A stretch of DNA of 64,000 bases, from the IMG/VR virus record IMGVR_UViG_3300032214_000855, positions 7,354 to 71,353 of that record. One strand, written 5' to 3'. This stretch comes from a virus. Its lineage: Duplodnaviria > Caudoviricetes. Positions 1 to 10,000 of the stretch are shown piece after piece. The notes under the pieces were generated by a model. The model was not told the origin of the DNA, made no database searches, and saw only the letters and a list, made by a program, of their open reading frames with translations. Each line of letters starts with the position of its first letter. Position 1 is the first letter of the stretch. A program made the position numbers and the translations under genes.

Positions 1-898
1 CATAAACATCCAATCCCGCACTGCGCGTCTTGGGATGATCATAAACAAGTGATCTTAATTTTGATGGAGCAATTAAAGTATCAACAGATCCTAAAAATTC
101 ACATTCAAACTCAACTTTAAATTGTTGTTCCGAAGTGTTTGATATGGTTTGCTTTTTCCATTCCTCATCTCTTCCAGGAACTTCACTCCAATGAACGTCT
201 GTAAATATATACTCATTCTTACCTTTTTCTGCATCGTGCCACATTCGGTAGAAATGGTTCATACCATGTGGAGTTGATACTATAATTACTTTTGTATTTT
301 TACCCGAAGTAATCGTAGGATAAACTGAAGCAAAGAATGAATCTGCAATATGATTTGGGACGAACGCAAATTCATCCAAAAATAAAATGTTGAATGACAT
401 ACCACGAACTGCAGAAGCAGAAGTAGAAGCAGCCAAGATTTTACTTCCATTTTCAAGTTCCAAAGAACCCTTGTTCCAAGAGATAATTCCTTGTTGCATC
501 CACTTTGGTAAATTTTCATATGCTGTCTGCAATCTATCTAACAGTTCTCTAGCGGTCGCTGCTTTGTTTGCTAGTATGCCTATATTTACATTATCATTGA
601 ATACTGCATAGTGTAAGAGAAAAGATACTACTGTAGTTGATTTTCCCGTCTGACGAGGCATCTTACAGATATTAAATCTGTTCGCATGAAATTTATTTAC
701 AAGTTTTTCTTGAAATGGATACATTTTAAATGGTTGCAATCCATGATCAAGAGTTACAATTTTTACATAATTTTTTGCAAAATAAACAGGATCACTCATG
801 CATTTAGAAATTTCAAGAATTTGCTCTTCAGTAAATTCGTGAGTGGTATTCGCTTTTTTTAATAACGGATTGCCAAGATAAACATCATTATTTGTCAT
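1..898 (-). CDS. gp17: terminase large subunit (N-terminal part; runs off window)
   Basis: Not in ORF track. Manual translation from ATG at 898: MTNNDVYLGNPLLKK...CKMPRQTGKS (Walker A)...NILFLDEFAF (Walker B); follows gp16 in T4-like order. Confidence 0.95.
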   Translation of the reverse strand, partial: MTNNDVYLGNPLLKKANTTHEFTEEQILEISKCMSDPVYFAKNYVKIVTLDHGLQPFKMYPFQEKLVNKFHANRFNICKMPRQTGKSTTVVSFLLHYAVFNDNVNIGILANKAATARELLDRLQTAYENLPKWMQQGIISWNKGSLELENGSKILAASTSASAVRGMSFNILFLDEFAFVPNHIADSFFASVYPTITSGKNTKVIIVSTPHGMNHFYRMWHDAEKGKNEYIFTDVHWSEVPGRDEEWKKQTISNTSEQQFKVEFECEFLGSVDTLIAPSKLRSLVYDHPKTRSAGLDVY

Positions 899-914
899 AA
901 CGAACTCCTAAAAA

Positions 915-2864
915 TTAATTACAATTCCAACGTCTAAGTGCTTTATTAATTCTACTATCTGGATCTCTTGCTGTTTTTGTTGAAGTAAGTTTAGACTTCA
1001 TTCCGGACATACGACGGCAAAATGATTTACGACGATCCGATCTCTTACCTGTAGGATTTTTTTCAGTTACTGCAGTTTGAAGTTTTGAACCTGGATTTTC
1101 TCTACGATATGCCTTTACTGCAGCAGAACTCAAACCATCAGTTCTATCTTGACGATTTACTTTTTGCCAGTCTTCATCAACCTCAACTTCTTCTCCCATC
1201 ATTCCCATGGGTTTTACATAATTTTTACTTGGACCTAATTTAGCAGAACTTCCACCTTGAGGACTAAATGTTTGAATTAATGGTTTTCCTGGTTGAATTT
1301 CAGAAACTGAATGATAAACAACTATTGATCCAGGATAAACTTTTTGAAGTTCATCATTTATTTCTTTACGTGTTGGGAGTTTCACCTGAGGGAAAAACAT
1401 TTTAAGAGAATAATATTTTCCTCTCCAATTTAAAGTTACTCCAATTACATTCCCTGTTTGTGCCTGAAGTCTTGTCGCTTCATTTACTTGAGACTTAAAT
1501 CCTTTAATTGGTTCAGGTTTAATAATATCAATAACTTCCGCAAATGTATTTCCATTTGCATCTTCAATAGAAACATTTTCTGATTTTACACAAGAACCTT
1601 TTTCGAATTTAGAAGTTCCTTTTTTTCTTTTATAACCTTTCCAACATGGACCACTTTCTCCTAGTTCTGATAAAATTTTATCTACTATGGATGGTTCGTA
1701 TTCGGCATTTATGTTTCTAATATTAGTATCTCCAGGTCTCACCAAAGGCATTCTAGGTTCTTTTCTTTTTGATTGTGCCGCCTCTCTTTCTCCTTCAGTT
1801 GCACCTTGCTGAGAAAGATTTCTAATACTTGTAGAACGTTTAGATTTTCTAATATCTTTAGGATTTACTTCAAAACTTATTCCCTCTTCCATCTCTCCAC
1901 TTGAAATATAATCTGCTGCAGTATCAATATAATCTGCTGCTTTAGTGATTTTTGATTGAACCCATGCTTCTAGATCTCCTTCACCTTTACCGACTTTTGC
2001 TTTAAGTCTTTTTACCGCATCTTCAATGGTTTTAAGTTCTGACCTTGCCATTGAATATTCTTCATCTTTAATTGAGATTTTATCCCAAACTTTTTCTCCG
2101 TAAGAACATTCAGATCTTGTTTCTCTTTTATCACATAAAGGACAGTATCTTTCTTCTTCGTGCATAGTTTCCTCAGATTTAGTTCCCCAGTTTGCAGCAC
2201 CAACTTTACGGCATTTTACAAGTGCTCCGGACGCATATGCACTCGGCCAAACATCATATCTAGACTTTACTTTATTATAGCACGCATCTTTTTTTCCAGA
2301 CTTCTTTTTTTCTTGTAAATCCATTTCTTCAGTTCTTACGTTAGTTGGTTTTGATGCGTTCTTTTTTTCTGGTTGATTTGGATCGTTTCTATTCTTTCTT
2401 CTAAATGCTTTTTCTTCCTCTTCTGGAGAAAGATTTGCTGCCATTTTAGAACTTCCACATTTTGGTGTAGAAGTTTGACCTGGCTGGCGAGCACAAGGAG
2501 CACCAGCAAATGGACCTCCTAGTTGAACCCATCCTTTCACCTTTCTTCCTGTTTTTGGATCTGTTCCACTAGATTTTTTAAACCAATCACGGAGACTTTC
2601 ATCTCCCGATTTAGTTTCTTCTTTTACATCCTTAAATTTTTTATGATTCTTTTTAGCGGATGCTTCCATTTTTTTCAAACGAGTATAATAATCTGGAATC
2701 TCATCAAGATGTTGAAGAGCAATATCTCGTGCTAATTTATGATCTTTAGTGTGTTCGTGCTCAATAGGTTCTCCCATATCAAGTTGATTTTGTATAAAGG
2801 AAACATCAAGACGATGTTTTTTTGCAATTTGCTCAACTGTTTTATGAGATTTCAACTTAGGCAT
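915..2864 (-). CDS. modular Lys/Glu-rich putative virion protein (DUF5661-, DUF5872-, DUF6321-like modules)
   Basis: 649 aa; motifs EHEH..ARDIALQHLDEIPDYYTRL, WPSAYASGALVKC, SFCRRMSGM..ALRRWNC recalled from those families; own late promoter. Confidence 0.6.
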   Translation of the reverse strand: MPKLKSHKTVEQIAKKHRLDVSFIQNQLDMGEPIEHEHTKDHKLARDIALQHLDEIPDYYTRLKKMEASAKKNHKKFKDVKEETKSGDESLRDWFKKSSGTDPKTGRKVKGWVQLGGPFAGAPCARQPGQTSTPKCGSSKMAANLSPEEEEKAFRRKNRNDPNQPEKKNASKPTNVRTEEMDLQEKKKSGKKDACYNKVKSRYDVWPSAYASGALVKCRKVGAANWGTKSEETMHEEERYCPLCDKRETRSECSYGEKVWDKISIKDEEYSMARSELKTIEDAVKRLKAKVGKGEGDLEAWVQSKITKAADYIDTAADYISSGEMEEGISFEVNPKDIRKSKRSTSIRNLSQQGATEGEREAAQSKRKEPRMPLVRPGDTNIRNINAEYEPSIVDKILSELGESGPCWKGYKRKKGTSKFEKGSCVKSENVSIEDANGNTFAEVIDIIKPEPIKGFKSQVNEATRLQAQTGNVIGVTLNWRGKYYSLKMFFPQVKLPTRKEINDELQKVYPGSIVVYHSVSEIQPGKPLIQTFSPQGGSSAKLGPSKNYVKPMGMMGEEVEVDEDWQKVNRQDRTDGLSSAAVKAYRRENPGSKLQTAVTEKNPTGKRSDRRKSFCRRMSGMKSKLTSTKTARDPDSRINKALRRWNCN

Positions 2865-2888
2865 TGAACTATATTAAGTACCTTTTTA

Positions 2889-2895
2889 TATTTAT
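2889..2895 (-). promoter_or_regulatory. T4-type late promoter ATAAATA
   Basis: tatttat on + strand, about 25 bp upstream of the ORF start at 2864. Confidence 0.7.
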
Positions 2896-3323
2896 TATTC
2901 TATACTTTCTTGGGATTGTTGTTTTAAAAATTTTGCTAGTTCTGATGTAGATCCAACAAACAATGCATTATTGACTGTTGTTGGTCCTTTTATTTTATTT
3001 TCTTCTACATCTTTTAATTTTTTTTGAAGTTCCATTAATTTATCTGTGGCATCTGCAACACTTTTAATAAGTTGTCCAGCAACCTCATATGCTCTAGGCA
3101 TTTCACTTTCTTGTGCCAATTCAAGAATACCGTTAATAGCTTCTTGTCCCTTTTCTATTAATGAATATAAATTTCCCCTAGTATATTCATAATCTTTTTT
3201 AATATCATCTGAAATACTAGAAGTAGGTGTCTCTATATTTTCTATATTAGTATCTATTTTTTTAGATATAATCTCAGCACTTGTGTTAAAAGTCTGATTC
3301 AGGTTATCAAATTTTTTTGTCAT
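2895..3323 (-). CDS. gp16: terminase small subunit
   Basis: DYEYTRGNLYSLIEKGQEAINGILELAQESEMPRAYEVAGQLIK motif; lies between gp15 and gp17. Confidence 0.85.
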   Translation of the reverse strand: MTKKFDNLNQTFNTSAEIISKKIDTNIENIETPTSSISDDIKKDYEYTRGNLYSLIEKGQEAINGILELAQESEMPRAYEVAGQLIKSVADATDKLMELQKKLKDVEENKIKGPTTVNNALFVGSTSELAKFLKQQSQESIE

Positions 3324-3335
3324 TTTCTATAAAAG

Positions 3336-4337
3336 TTATAAATTTGAACCACTAAAACCAAAATCATCACCATCTTCTATTAACATATTGTCGGAAGTTG
3401 TTATAGACTTTACTTCTGCTCCAATTAAATGAGAGGTGATTGGTGTTCCATCTCTACCTCTTTCTACTGTAATAGTATTCCCGGAAACAAGTTTTACGTA
3501 TACTTCTTCCCCCTCAATATCAAGATATGTATTGGAAACTATAGATGACGAATCGCTAACATAAATTAGTATATCTTCTGTACTTGCATCTTTGGTTAAA
3601 GATGTTAAAACATTTCCCGTATAATTTTTGATTGCTCTTGGTTGAGCAGAATAAACAATTTCTCTTGCTGGAGAATTTGTGGTATCTCCAGCAACATAAC
3701 CAATTGTAGTTTTTTTGATAATATCTTTTGTTGCAGAAGAAACTGGTCCAAAAAGATAAGTTTTTGCAGTAAATCTTAATGTATATAATAATACTCTTCT
3801 CGATAAAAAGTTTCCTTCATAATCATCTTGCATCGCAATGCTTTCTAAGATTATAGGAATATCTCTTTTTTCATTAATTTCATTAATTAGTTCTACCGTC
3901 ATAGTATATGCGGGTTGAAAATATGGTAAAATTTGCTCTATGATTTGTAGTGCATCATCATTGAGCTTAGACATAATACTAAGTTCAAATTGCATATTAT
4001 AAGGAACTGGTAGATATGCTTTTTTTGTTTCAGCACCATTTGAAGAAGACTTCAAAGTAAATGTTTGAGTTGTTGTTGCCTTTCTTGATGGATCATAGGT
4101 CAATCCAGTAAATTCAAAAGACATTCTTGGGAGTGTAATTTGTACCGGTTTATTCAAATCTGGTGATTGTTCTAATCTAGCAAGAAATTTTTGAGTTGGT
4201 CCATACGCAAGAGGAACCTTAATTACACTTTTTACATTTTTATTACTATCAGTATGTTTAATACTTATATCATTAAATAGAGAACCAAATGCAACCACTG
4301 TGCTTCTTAAAACTTCGTGATAAAAATATTCAAACAT
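3336..4337 (-). CDS. gp15: tail terminator / sheath stabilizer
   Basis: MFEYFYHEVLRSTVVAFGSLFNDI..VPLAYGP.QKFL..PRMSFE, typical gp15 N-terminus; synteny. Confidence 0.9.
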   Translation of the reverse strand: MFEYFYHEVLRSTVVAFGSLFNDISIKHTDSNKNVKSVIKVPLAYGPTQKFLARLEQSPDLNKPVQITLPRMSFEFTGLTYDPSRKATTTQTFTLKSSSNGAETKKAYLPVPYNMQFELSIMSKLNDDALQIIEQILPYFQPAYTMTVELINEINEKRDIPIILESIAMQDDYEGNFLSRRVLLYTLRFTAKTYLFGPVSSATKDIIKKTTIGYVAGDTTNSPAREIVYSAQPRAIKNYTGNVLTSLTKDASTEDILIYVSDSSSIVSNTYLDIEGEEVYVKLVSGNTITVERGRDGTPITSHLIGAEVKSITTSDNMLIEDGDDFGFSGSNL

Positions 4338-4383
4338 ACTTTTACATTCCTTTAATATTATTTAATCATTGATTATTTTCTAT

Positions 4384-5790
4384 TTAGGGCATTCCAAAAG
4401 GATTTCTTTCAGTAAAATCTATTATTGTATCTGCTTCTTCTTCAATTTCATCATTATTAGTAAAACCATTCTTGATAGAAGCAGTTTCTACTTTTCTTAA
4501 ATGATGAGATGCACTCGATGCAGAACCTACTATGGTTTCTCCTGGTATAAATTGTCCATTTACATTAGAAACTTCTAATACATTCGTGACTGTATTCCAA
4601 GACCTAACTCTAGCAGTTACTCCACTTTGATTTCCGGTTACAATCTCATTAAATACAAAACTTCCACTTGAAGTGAGTGGAGGATTACCAATAGACATCA
4701 TTGGTGATTGGGTGTATCCAAGACCTGCGTTTGTAATTCTTATTGAAGTTATTGAACCTGCAGCAGAAACTACTGCAGTTGCTGCTGCAGAAATTGTTGA
4801 TTGTCCGACAAATGTTATTGCTGGAGGATTTACATAACCAGAACCAGAATTAGTAACAGTTATAATTCCAACTATACCGTTGCCTAATATTGCCTTTGCA
4901 GTTGCTCCACTACCTCCTCCTCCAATGAATCTAACCCCAGGAGTTATAGTATATCCATAACCGGGATTTACAATTTCAACACTTTGAACTGATTGTGCTG
5001 ATGGATTAGTGTTATCATTACATACCACTATTCCGCTTATCATTTTGGCAATTGCTGAAGCGGTTTGTCCATTTAATGGTGCTGAAGAAATTCCTACAGT
5101 TGGAGTATTTGTATATCCCCCTCCTCTATTTGTTATTGTTATTAATCTAATACCACCATTTACAACTCCTGTAACTGCGGATGCAGTTATGCCAATCCCT
5201 ATCATCTGAAGTTTTTGTATTGCACCAATTGGAGTAGTATCCTCCCCAATACTACCACTAATATTATCATCAATTTCTCCTATACCAGTATCAATCAATT
5301 CATCTTCATAACGGAATAATTCGCATTTTAATTGATATGTATAAAGTCCTTGAAGTTGATAAAATGGTTTCTCATGCTCTACATATTTTATTTCAAAAAT
5401 TCTGTCTCCAAGTGGAAAATATATCAAATCCCCTTCTTTTGGTCTTGTGGATAATTTAATATTTGGTATATTTTCTATCAATGGTGAAATGTAAGTTTTA
5501 AATCTTTCTCTAGAAATTATCAAATTAATTTCATTTAGTGCTTGTATTCCAAATTTAGATAATATAGTTGTATTATCGCCATATCCTTCAAAATTATCCA
5601 AATAAGCTTCTATTGGATATGCATTTGAGAATTCAGACTCAATAACTTCTCTAATTACTTTTTTTTCTGTGATATATTTTCTTGGAAGATAATAAACTTC
5701 AATACCATACATTCTCAATTGTTCATTGATCAAGTCCTGTATGAGACCTTGTTCTGATTTTGATCCCTGGAGAAAAAATGGATTTAACAT
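4384..5790 (-). CDS. gp14: neck protein gp14
   Basis: MLNPFFLQGSKSEQGLIQDLINEQLRMYGIEVYYLPR..RPKEGDLIYFP; C-terminal DFTERNPFG. Confidence 0.9.
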   Translation of the reverse strand: MLNPFFLQGSKSEQGLIQDLINEQLRMYGIEVYYLPRKYITEKKVIREVIESEFSNAYPIEAYLDNFEGYGDNTTILSKFGIQALNEINLIISRERFKTYISPLIENIPNIKLSTRPKEGDLIYFPLGDRIFEIKYVEHEKPFYQLQGLYTYQLKCELFRYEDELIDTGIGEIDDNISGSIGEDTTPIGAIQKLQMIGIGITASAVTGVVNGGIRLITITNRGGGYTNTPTVGISSAPLNGQTASAIAKMISGIVVCNDNTNPSAQSVQSVEIVNPGYGYTITPGVRFIGGGGSGATAKAILGNGIVGIITVTNSGSGYVNPPAITFVGQSTISAAATAVVSAAGSITSIRITNAGLGYTQSPMMSIGNPPLTSSGSFVFNEIVTGNQSGVTARVRSWNTVTNVLEVSNVNGQFIPGETIVGSASSASHHLRKVETASIKNGFTNNDEIEEEADTIIDFTERNPFGMP

Positions 5791-5793
5791 AAA

Positions 5794-6642
5794 TTAACCA
5801 ATCATGTCTAATGGTGGAAGTTCATAAGTGTTTGACATTTTTTCCATCAAAATATCAATTTCTTTTTGGGCATCATCATACATTTGTCTTCCATTTAACT
5901 CTACTCCCCCTGGAAGTTTAACTCCAGTAAATTTCATCATATTTTGTCCCCATTGTCTTTTAATAAGAGAAGTTAAATATGGTTTTATGAATGAATCATT
6001 CCAAACCCTTGAATAATCATTTGGATCTAAAGTTGAATAGCAATCTATAATAAAATAATGATTTTCTGTTACTGATCCCCAATCAATATCCAAATACAAC
6101 CTATCTTGTCTTTTATTAAATCTTATCTGTTTTTGTGTATTTAATAAGAAATCCAAATCTTCCAAATATGTTTTTACCATTGCATAACTTAAAAGTTCAG
6201 TAGTCCCCCAATAATAAACATCATTTAAAAATAATTGATATTTTACACTAAACATATTATGAGTGATTGTATTGGAACCATCAAAAGTAAAAATTTTATT
6301 TACTCCTATAACATTAGGGGGAACTTGTAAATAATTGCTATTTTCTTCATAAGAAAAAGTAGTAGCAGTTCCTACTATACTAGTTGTTACGCTAGTTGTC
6401 GCAATACCCACAGAGTTTTGATTTAAACCTCTTGCCCGTCCTCTAGCAATGTCTTGTGCTGTTACTTTATACTTATAGAATGTGGGATAAACTCCATCAA
6501 AATGCCGTTCTTGAAAAAATTGTATAGCGTCATCTACCAAATCCTCAATTTGTTCATCTGCAACATTTATTTCCAAAACTGGAGCACCAAGTTTTCTTTT
6601 GCAATAATCTATTAATTCTTGTCTGGTAGATGGTTGTGCCAT
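5794..6642 (-). CDS. gp13: neck protein gp13
   Basis: MAQPSTRQELIDYCKRKLGAPVLEINV..KRQWGQNMMKFTGVKLPGGVELNGRQMYDDA. Confidence 0.92.
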   Translation of the reverse strand: MAQPSTRQELIDYCKRKLGAPVLEINVADEQIEDLVDDAIQFFQERHFDGVYPTFYKYKVTAQDIARGRARGLNQNSVGIATTSVTTSIVGTATTFSYEENSNYLQVPPNVIGVNKIFTFDGSNTITHNMFSVKYQLFLNDVYYWGTTELLSYAMVKTYLEDLDFLLNTQKQIRFNKRQDRLYLDIDWGSVTENHYFIIDCYSTLDPNDYSRVWNDSFIKPYLTSLIKRQWGQNMMKFTGVKLPGGVELNGRQMYDDAQKEIDILMEKMSNTYELPPLDMIG

Positions 6643-6661
6643 TTTTATTACCTCTTAAAAA

Positions 6662-6668
6662 TATTTAT
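6662..6668 (-). promoter_or_regulatory. late promoter ATAAATA
   Basis: tatttat 20 bp upstream of gp13 start. Confidence 0.7.
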
Positions 6669-6847
6669 GTAAAATTAATAAATGAAAGATTTGATATAAC
6701 TTCTTGCTGTTTCAAATATAACTTGTAATAACATTTAGCAATATCTTTTAGTTTATCAACATTATCAATAGAATCTATTTCTGAGCAATATTTAAAATAC
6801 TCAAAACTTTTACTCAAATTATCCAACTTAATTTCGTCAGGATTCAT
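6665..6847 (-). CDS. hypothetical protein
   Basis: 60 aa ORF packed between neighbours, same strand. Confidence 0.6.
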   Translation of the reverse strand: MNPDEIKLDNLSKSFEYFKYCSEIDSIDNVDKLKDIAKCYYKLYLKQQEVISNLSFINFT

Positions 6848-7061
6848 TTATTAAACTCCTCAATAAAAATTTTATCTCATTAATATCATTTTTAATATTA
6901 TTTAAATCATTTTCAAATTCCTTCATTTTTTTATTTTCATTATCCTTATCCATTTTCATAGACAAGTATCTTTGATATTCGTTTATGTTTGTGTTGATAA
7001 TAGAATTTGTGGTAATATCTCTTACCAAATCACTATTATCCTTTACTTTAATATATTTCAT
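6837..7061 (-). CDS. hypothetical coiled-coil protein
   Basis: 74 aa ORF directly after the VrlC-like gene; KVKDNSDLVRD..IINTN. Confidence 0.7.
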   Translation of the reverse strand: MKYIKVKDNSDLVRDITTNSIINTNINEYQRYLSMKMDKDNENKKMKEFENDLNNIKNDINEIKFLLRSLINES

Positions 7062-7064
7062 AAT

Positions 7065-10000
7065 TTAGGCTAGGGCAAGAACTCTTAGATTTTTAATTCT
7101 AGGAACATGAACTTGATTGGTAGATGTTCCTATTAATTTTATTCTAAAATAACGGAATGAAGGTAGATTATTTGCTGTAAATGTATGTTCTCTAAAATCA
7201 ACATCATTAAATCCAAGCACTGTTGATGGTGCAATATAGTCATCAGGAAGTCCGTCACTATTTTCAAAATTTATAACTTCTTTATATTTGTTCAAATTCA
7301 AATATCCTGGGAAAGGTATGAATATTGGAGAAAAATTCGGATTATCACTAATTGCATAAAAAGCACGAACATTTGAATCTGGAGTCAAGTGTGCATCTAA
7401 TATAATTTTTATTGATGATGATGAAGTCTCCAGTTGAACCTCTTTAGAAACATATTTAAATGAAGTTGGGTCATCAATTGCACTATTTACTCTACTATCG
7501 GTAGAGTAATCGGTTATAATATTATTAACTCTATTTGTGACCAGAGTGATAGATGATGCTCTAGCATCGATTGTAGGACTCAGTAAACTATTATTTGATG
7601 ATAGATCAATTCTTAAATTGAAAGATTTCTCATTAAGTAAGTTCTCAACTTCATTTATATCAGAACAGATAAGTCTTGGTGAATTTAAATTGTTGTTTTC
7701 GTATATTGAGATAGGTTCAAAACCTACATCTAAGAATGAGGATTCATTTCCACTTATACTTGTTCCCTGTATTGTCTTAATAGATCCACTTATTGATGTT
7801 CCATTTACTGTAGTATTTGGAATAATTGGTTCAATTAATTCAAATTGTATATTATTAGATGCCGAAATATCTGACCCCCCAGTAGATTTAGTTTCATTGA
7901 TATAGAGTTTTGGTAAAGATGTTTCTACAGATCTATCAATTCCATCCGAAGACATATCAAGTTTAATGTGATATGAATCTAATGTTATTGGTTCATTGAT
8001 AATTGAGGTATCCACCGTGGATAATTCATGTTGCTTATTAATTCTTCTTAATGATACTCCTCCCAATTCATACTTATATACGGGTGTTCCAATATCATAA
8101 TCCTTTTCGGGTGCTGTCACTATTCCATTAATTTGTCCATTGGAAACTGATTCGTAAGGTATTATTTCATTTCCAATTAAAAGATACCCAGGATTTGTTG
8201 AAGCAACACCAACATTTTCAAAAGTTTGGAACACACTAGAACTGTCTACATATATGGAATCACCTGAAGATATAGAACTAGCAGTAATTTTTTGCGATAA
8301 TTTTGTTGGCACAATATCACTCTCAACTCCAGAGATAATTAAATGATTCTGTGATGAATGCATTCCATGATTTTTTTGATTAACCTTTATATGCAATCCA
8401 TCCGAAACTGTAATCAAATTGCTAACTGCTATATTTAAGTTTACAGTTGAACCAACATTATTTTTATACTGTAATGACGGTGATCCAGAAACAATGAAAT
8501 CACCTTGAACATTATCAAGTATTATTTCATTTATTCTTGATATACTAGAAATAGAAACTCTTGCTCCATATCCGACATTTAGAGATCCTATGGAGGAAAT
8601 TCCTAGCACATCTCCAATTTTATAACCAACTCCTCCATTTACAATTGTTGCTATACCAACTTCACCATTAACTATTGTTACATTAGCAGTTGCATTTCTT
8701 CCATCTCCAGAAATAGATTCTAAATTGACATTATTGAAAATAAATGATCCAGATGATGGAGTGTATCCTATTCCAGGATTAATTAAAGTTAATTGCCCAA
8801 AAGCAGATCCAGCACTGCCAACATAATTTCCAGTTCCTTTTGAATTTGACTGTAAAACAGTGTTTCCTATTACCAATCCAGAATTACTGGGCAATGAGGA
8901 TGCTAAACCAACTCTAACCTTTCTAGAATTGAGTATAACTGAATCTGGAGATAATTTTTTAGAATACTTTAGAGTTTGGTTTGTAAGTTTTGGATTATAG
9001 AAATTAACAAATCCAGATCTAACAAAATTTGCACACCAGAGTTGATACTTCAAATCTTCCCATTGGCTAGGTTCCCACGTAGTTCCATTTTGTGATTTGA
9101 AAAGTGATCCAAAATCTTCTTGATTTGATACAAAAGAATTTGTAATTAAATCATTTTCATTAACTCTTGAAATAAATACCGAATAATCTGGTGATTGTGA
9201 CAATAGGCAAACGGCATAGTCTTTGTTTCCTTCCAAATAAATTGGACGTTTGAATACAAATTCTGTACCTAAAGATCCATCACTTGAAATGGTTATTTCT
9301 GATGGTAATTTGGAAACTTGAGAACCATCTAAAATATAATCTGATGGGTTTGGTCCCCCAGACACTGTTCCATTTGTTATAGGTCTGATTTCCAGATCTA
9401 CAGTAAGACCATCAGTTGAAGGAACTGAATTGAAGTAAATAACACATTTGGTTAAAAATACTCCTTTTGCTCCAACTGAGAATGATTGTGCTAGTGGATC
9501 TCGCGCACAAATTTTTGCGCCTTCTTGTCTAAGTGCTCTTACTAATTGATTACCGGATTGTTCTGTTAAATTTCCACCGGCTGTCCTTTGAATATCAATT
9601 CCAAGTTGTCTTGCTGTTTCGGATATATTTCTAGGTAGTCCTACACTAGCCGCTGCATCACCTAACCTTTCTCTAGCAGCCTGAGCATAAACAGGGCCGT
9701 CATAATTAATCTGGACGGTTGGTGCAGGTGCAGCAGGTGTTGGTGGGGGTGGTGCAGGTGCAGCAGGTGCAGGTGTAGGTGCAGGTGTTGAGGGAGGCGA
9801 ATAAGTGTAAACTGGAGGTGGGGGTGGAGGTGGAGTGTTATCTACCCTAGTATTAGATACCGTTTCTTGAGTTACATCAGTACCCAATATTCTTTCTTGG
9901 GACGATCCAGTTTCTAATATTTCCTTTGATGCTAATTTATAAGATCTTGTTGAAATTGTAGTTGGTTGAACTGTTTCAACAAAACCACTAGCAGTAAAGT

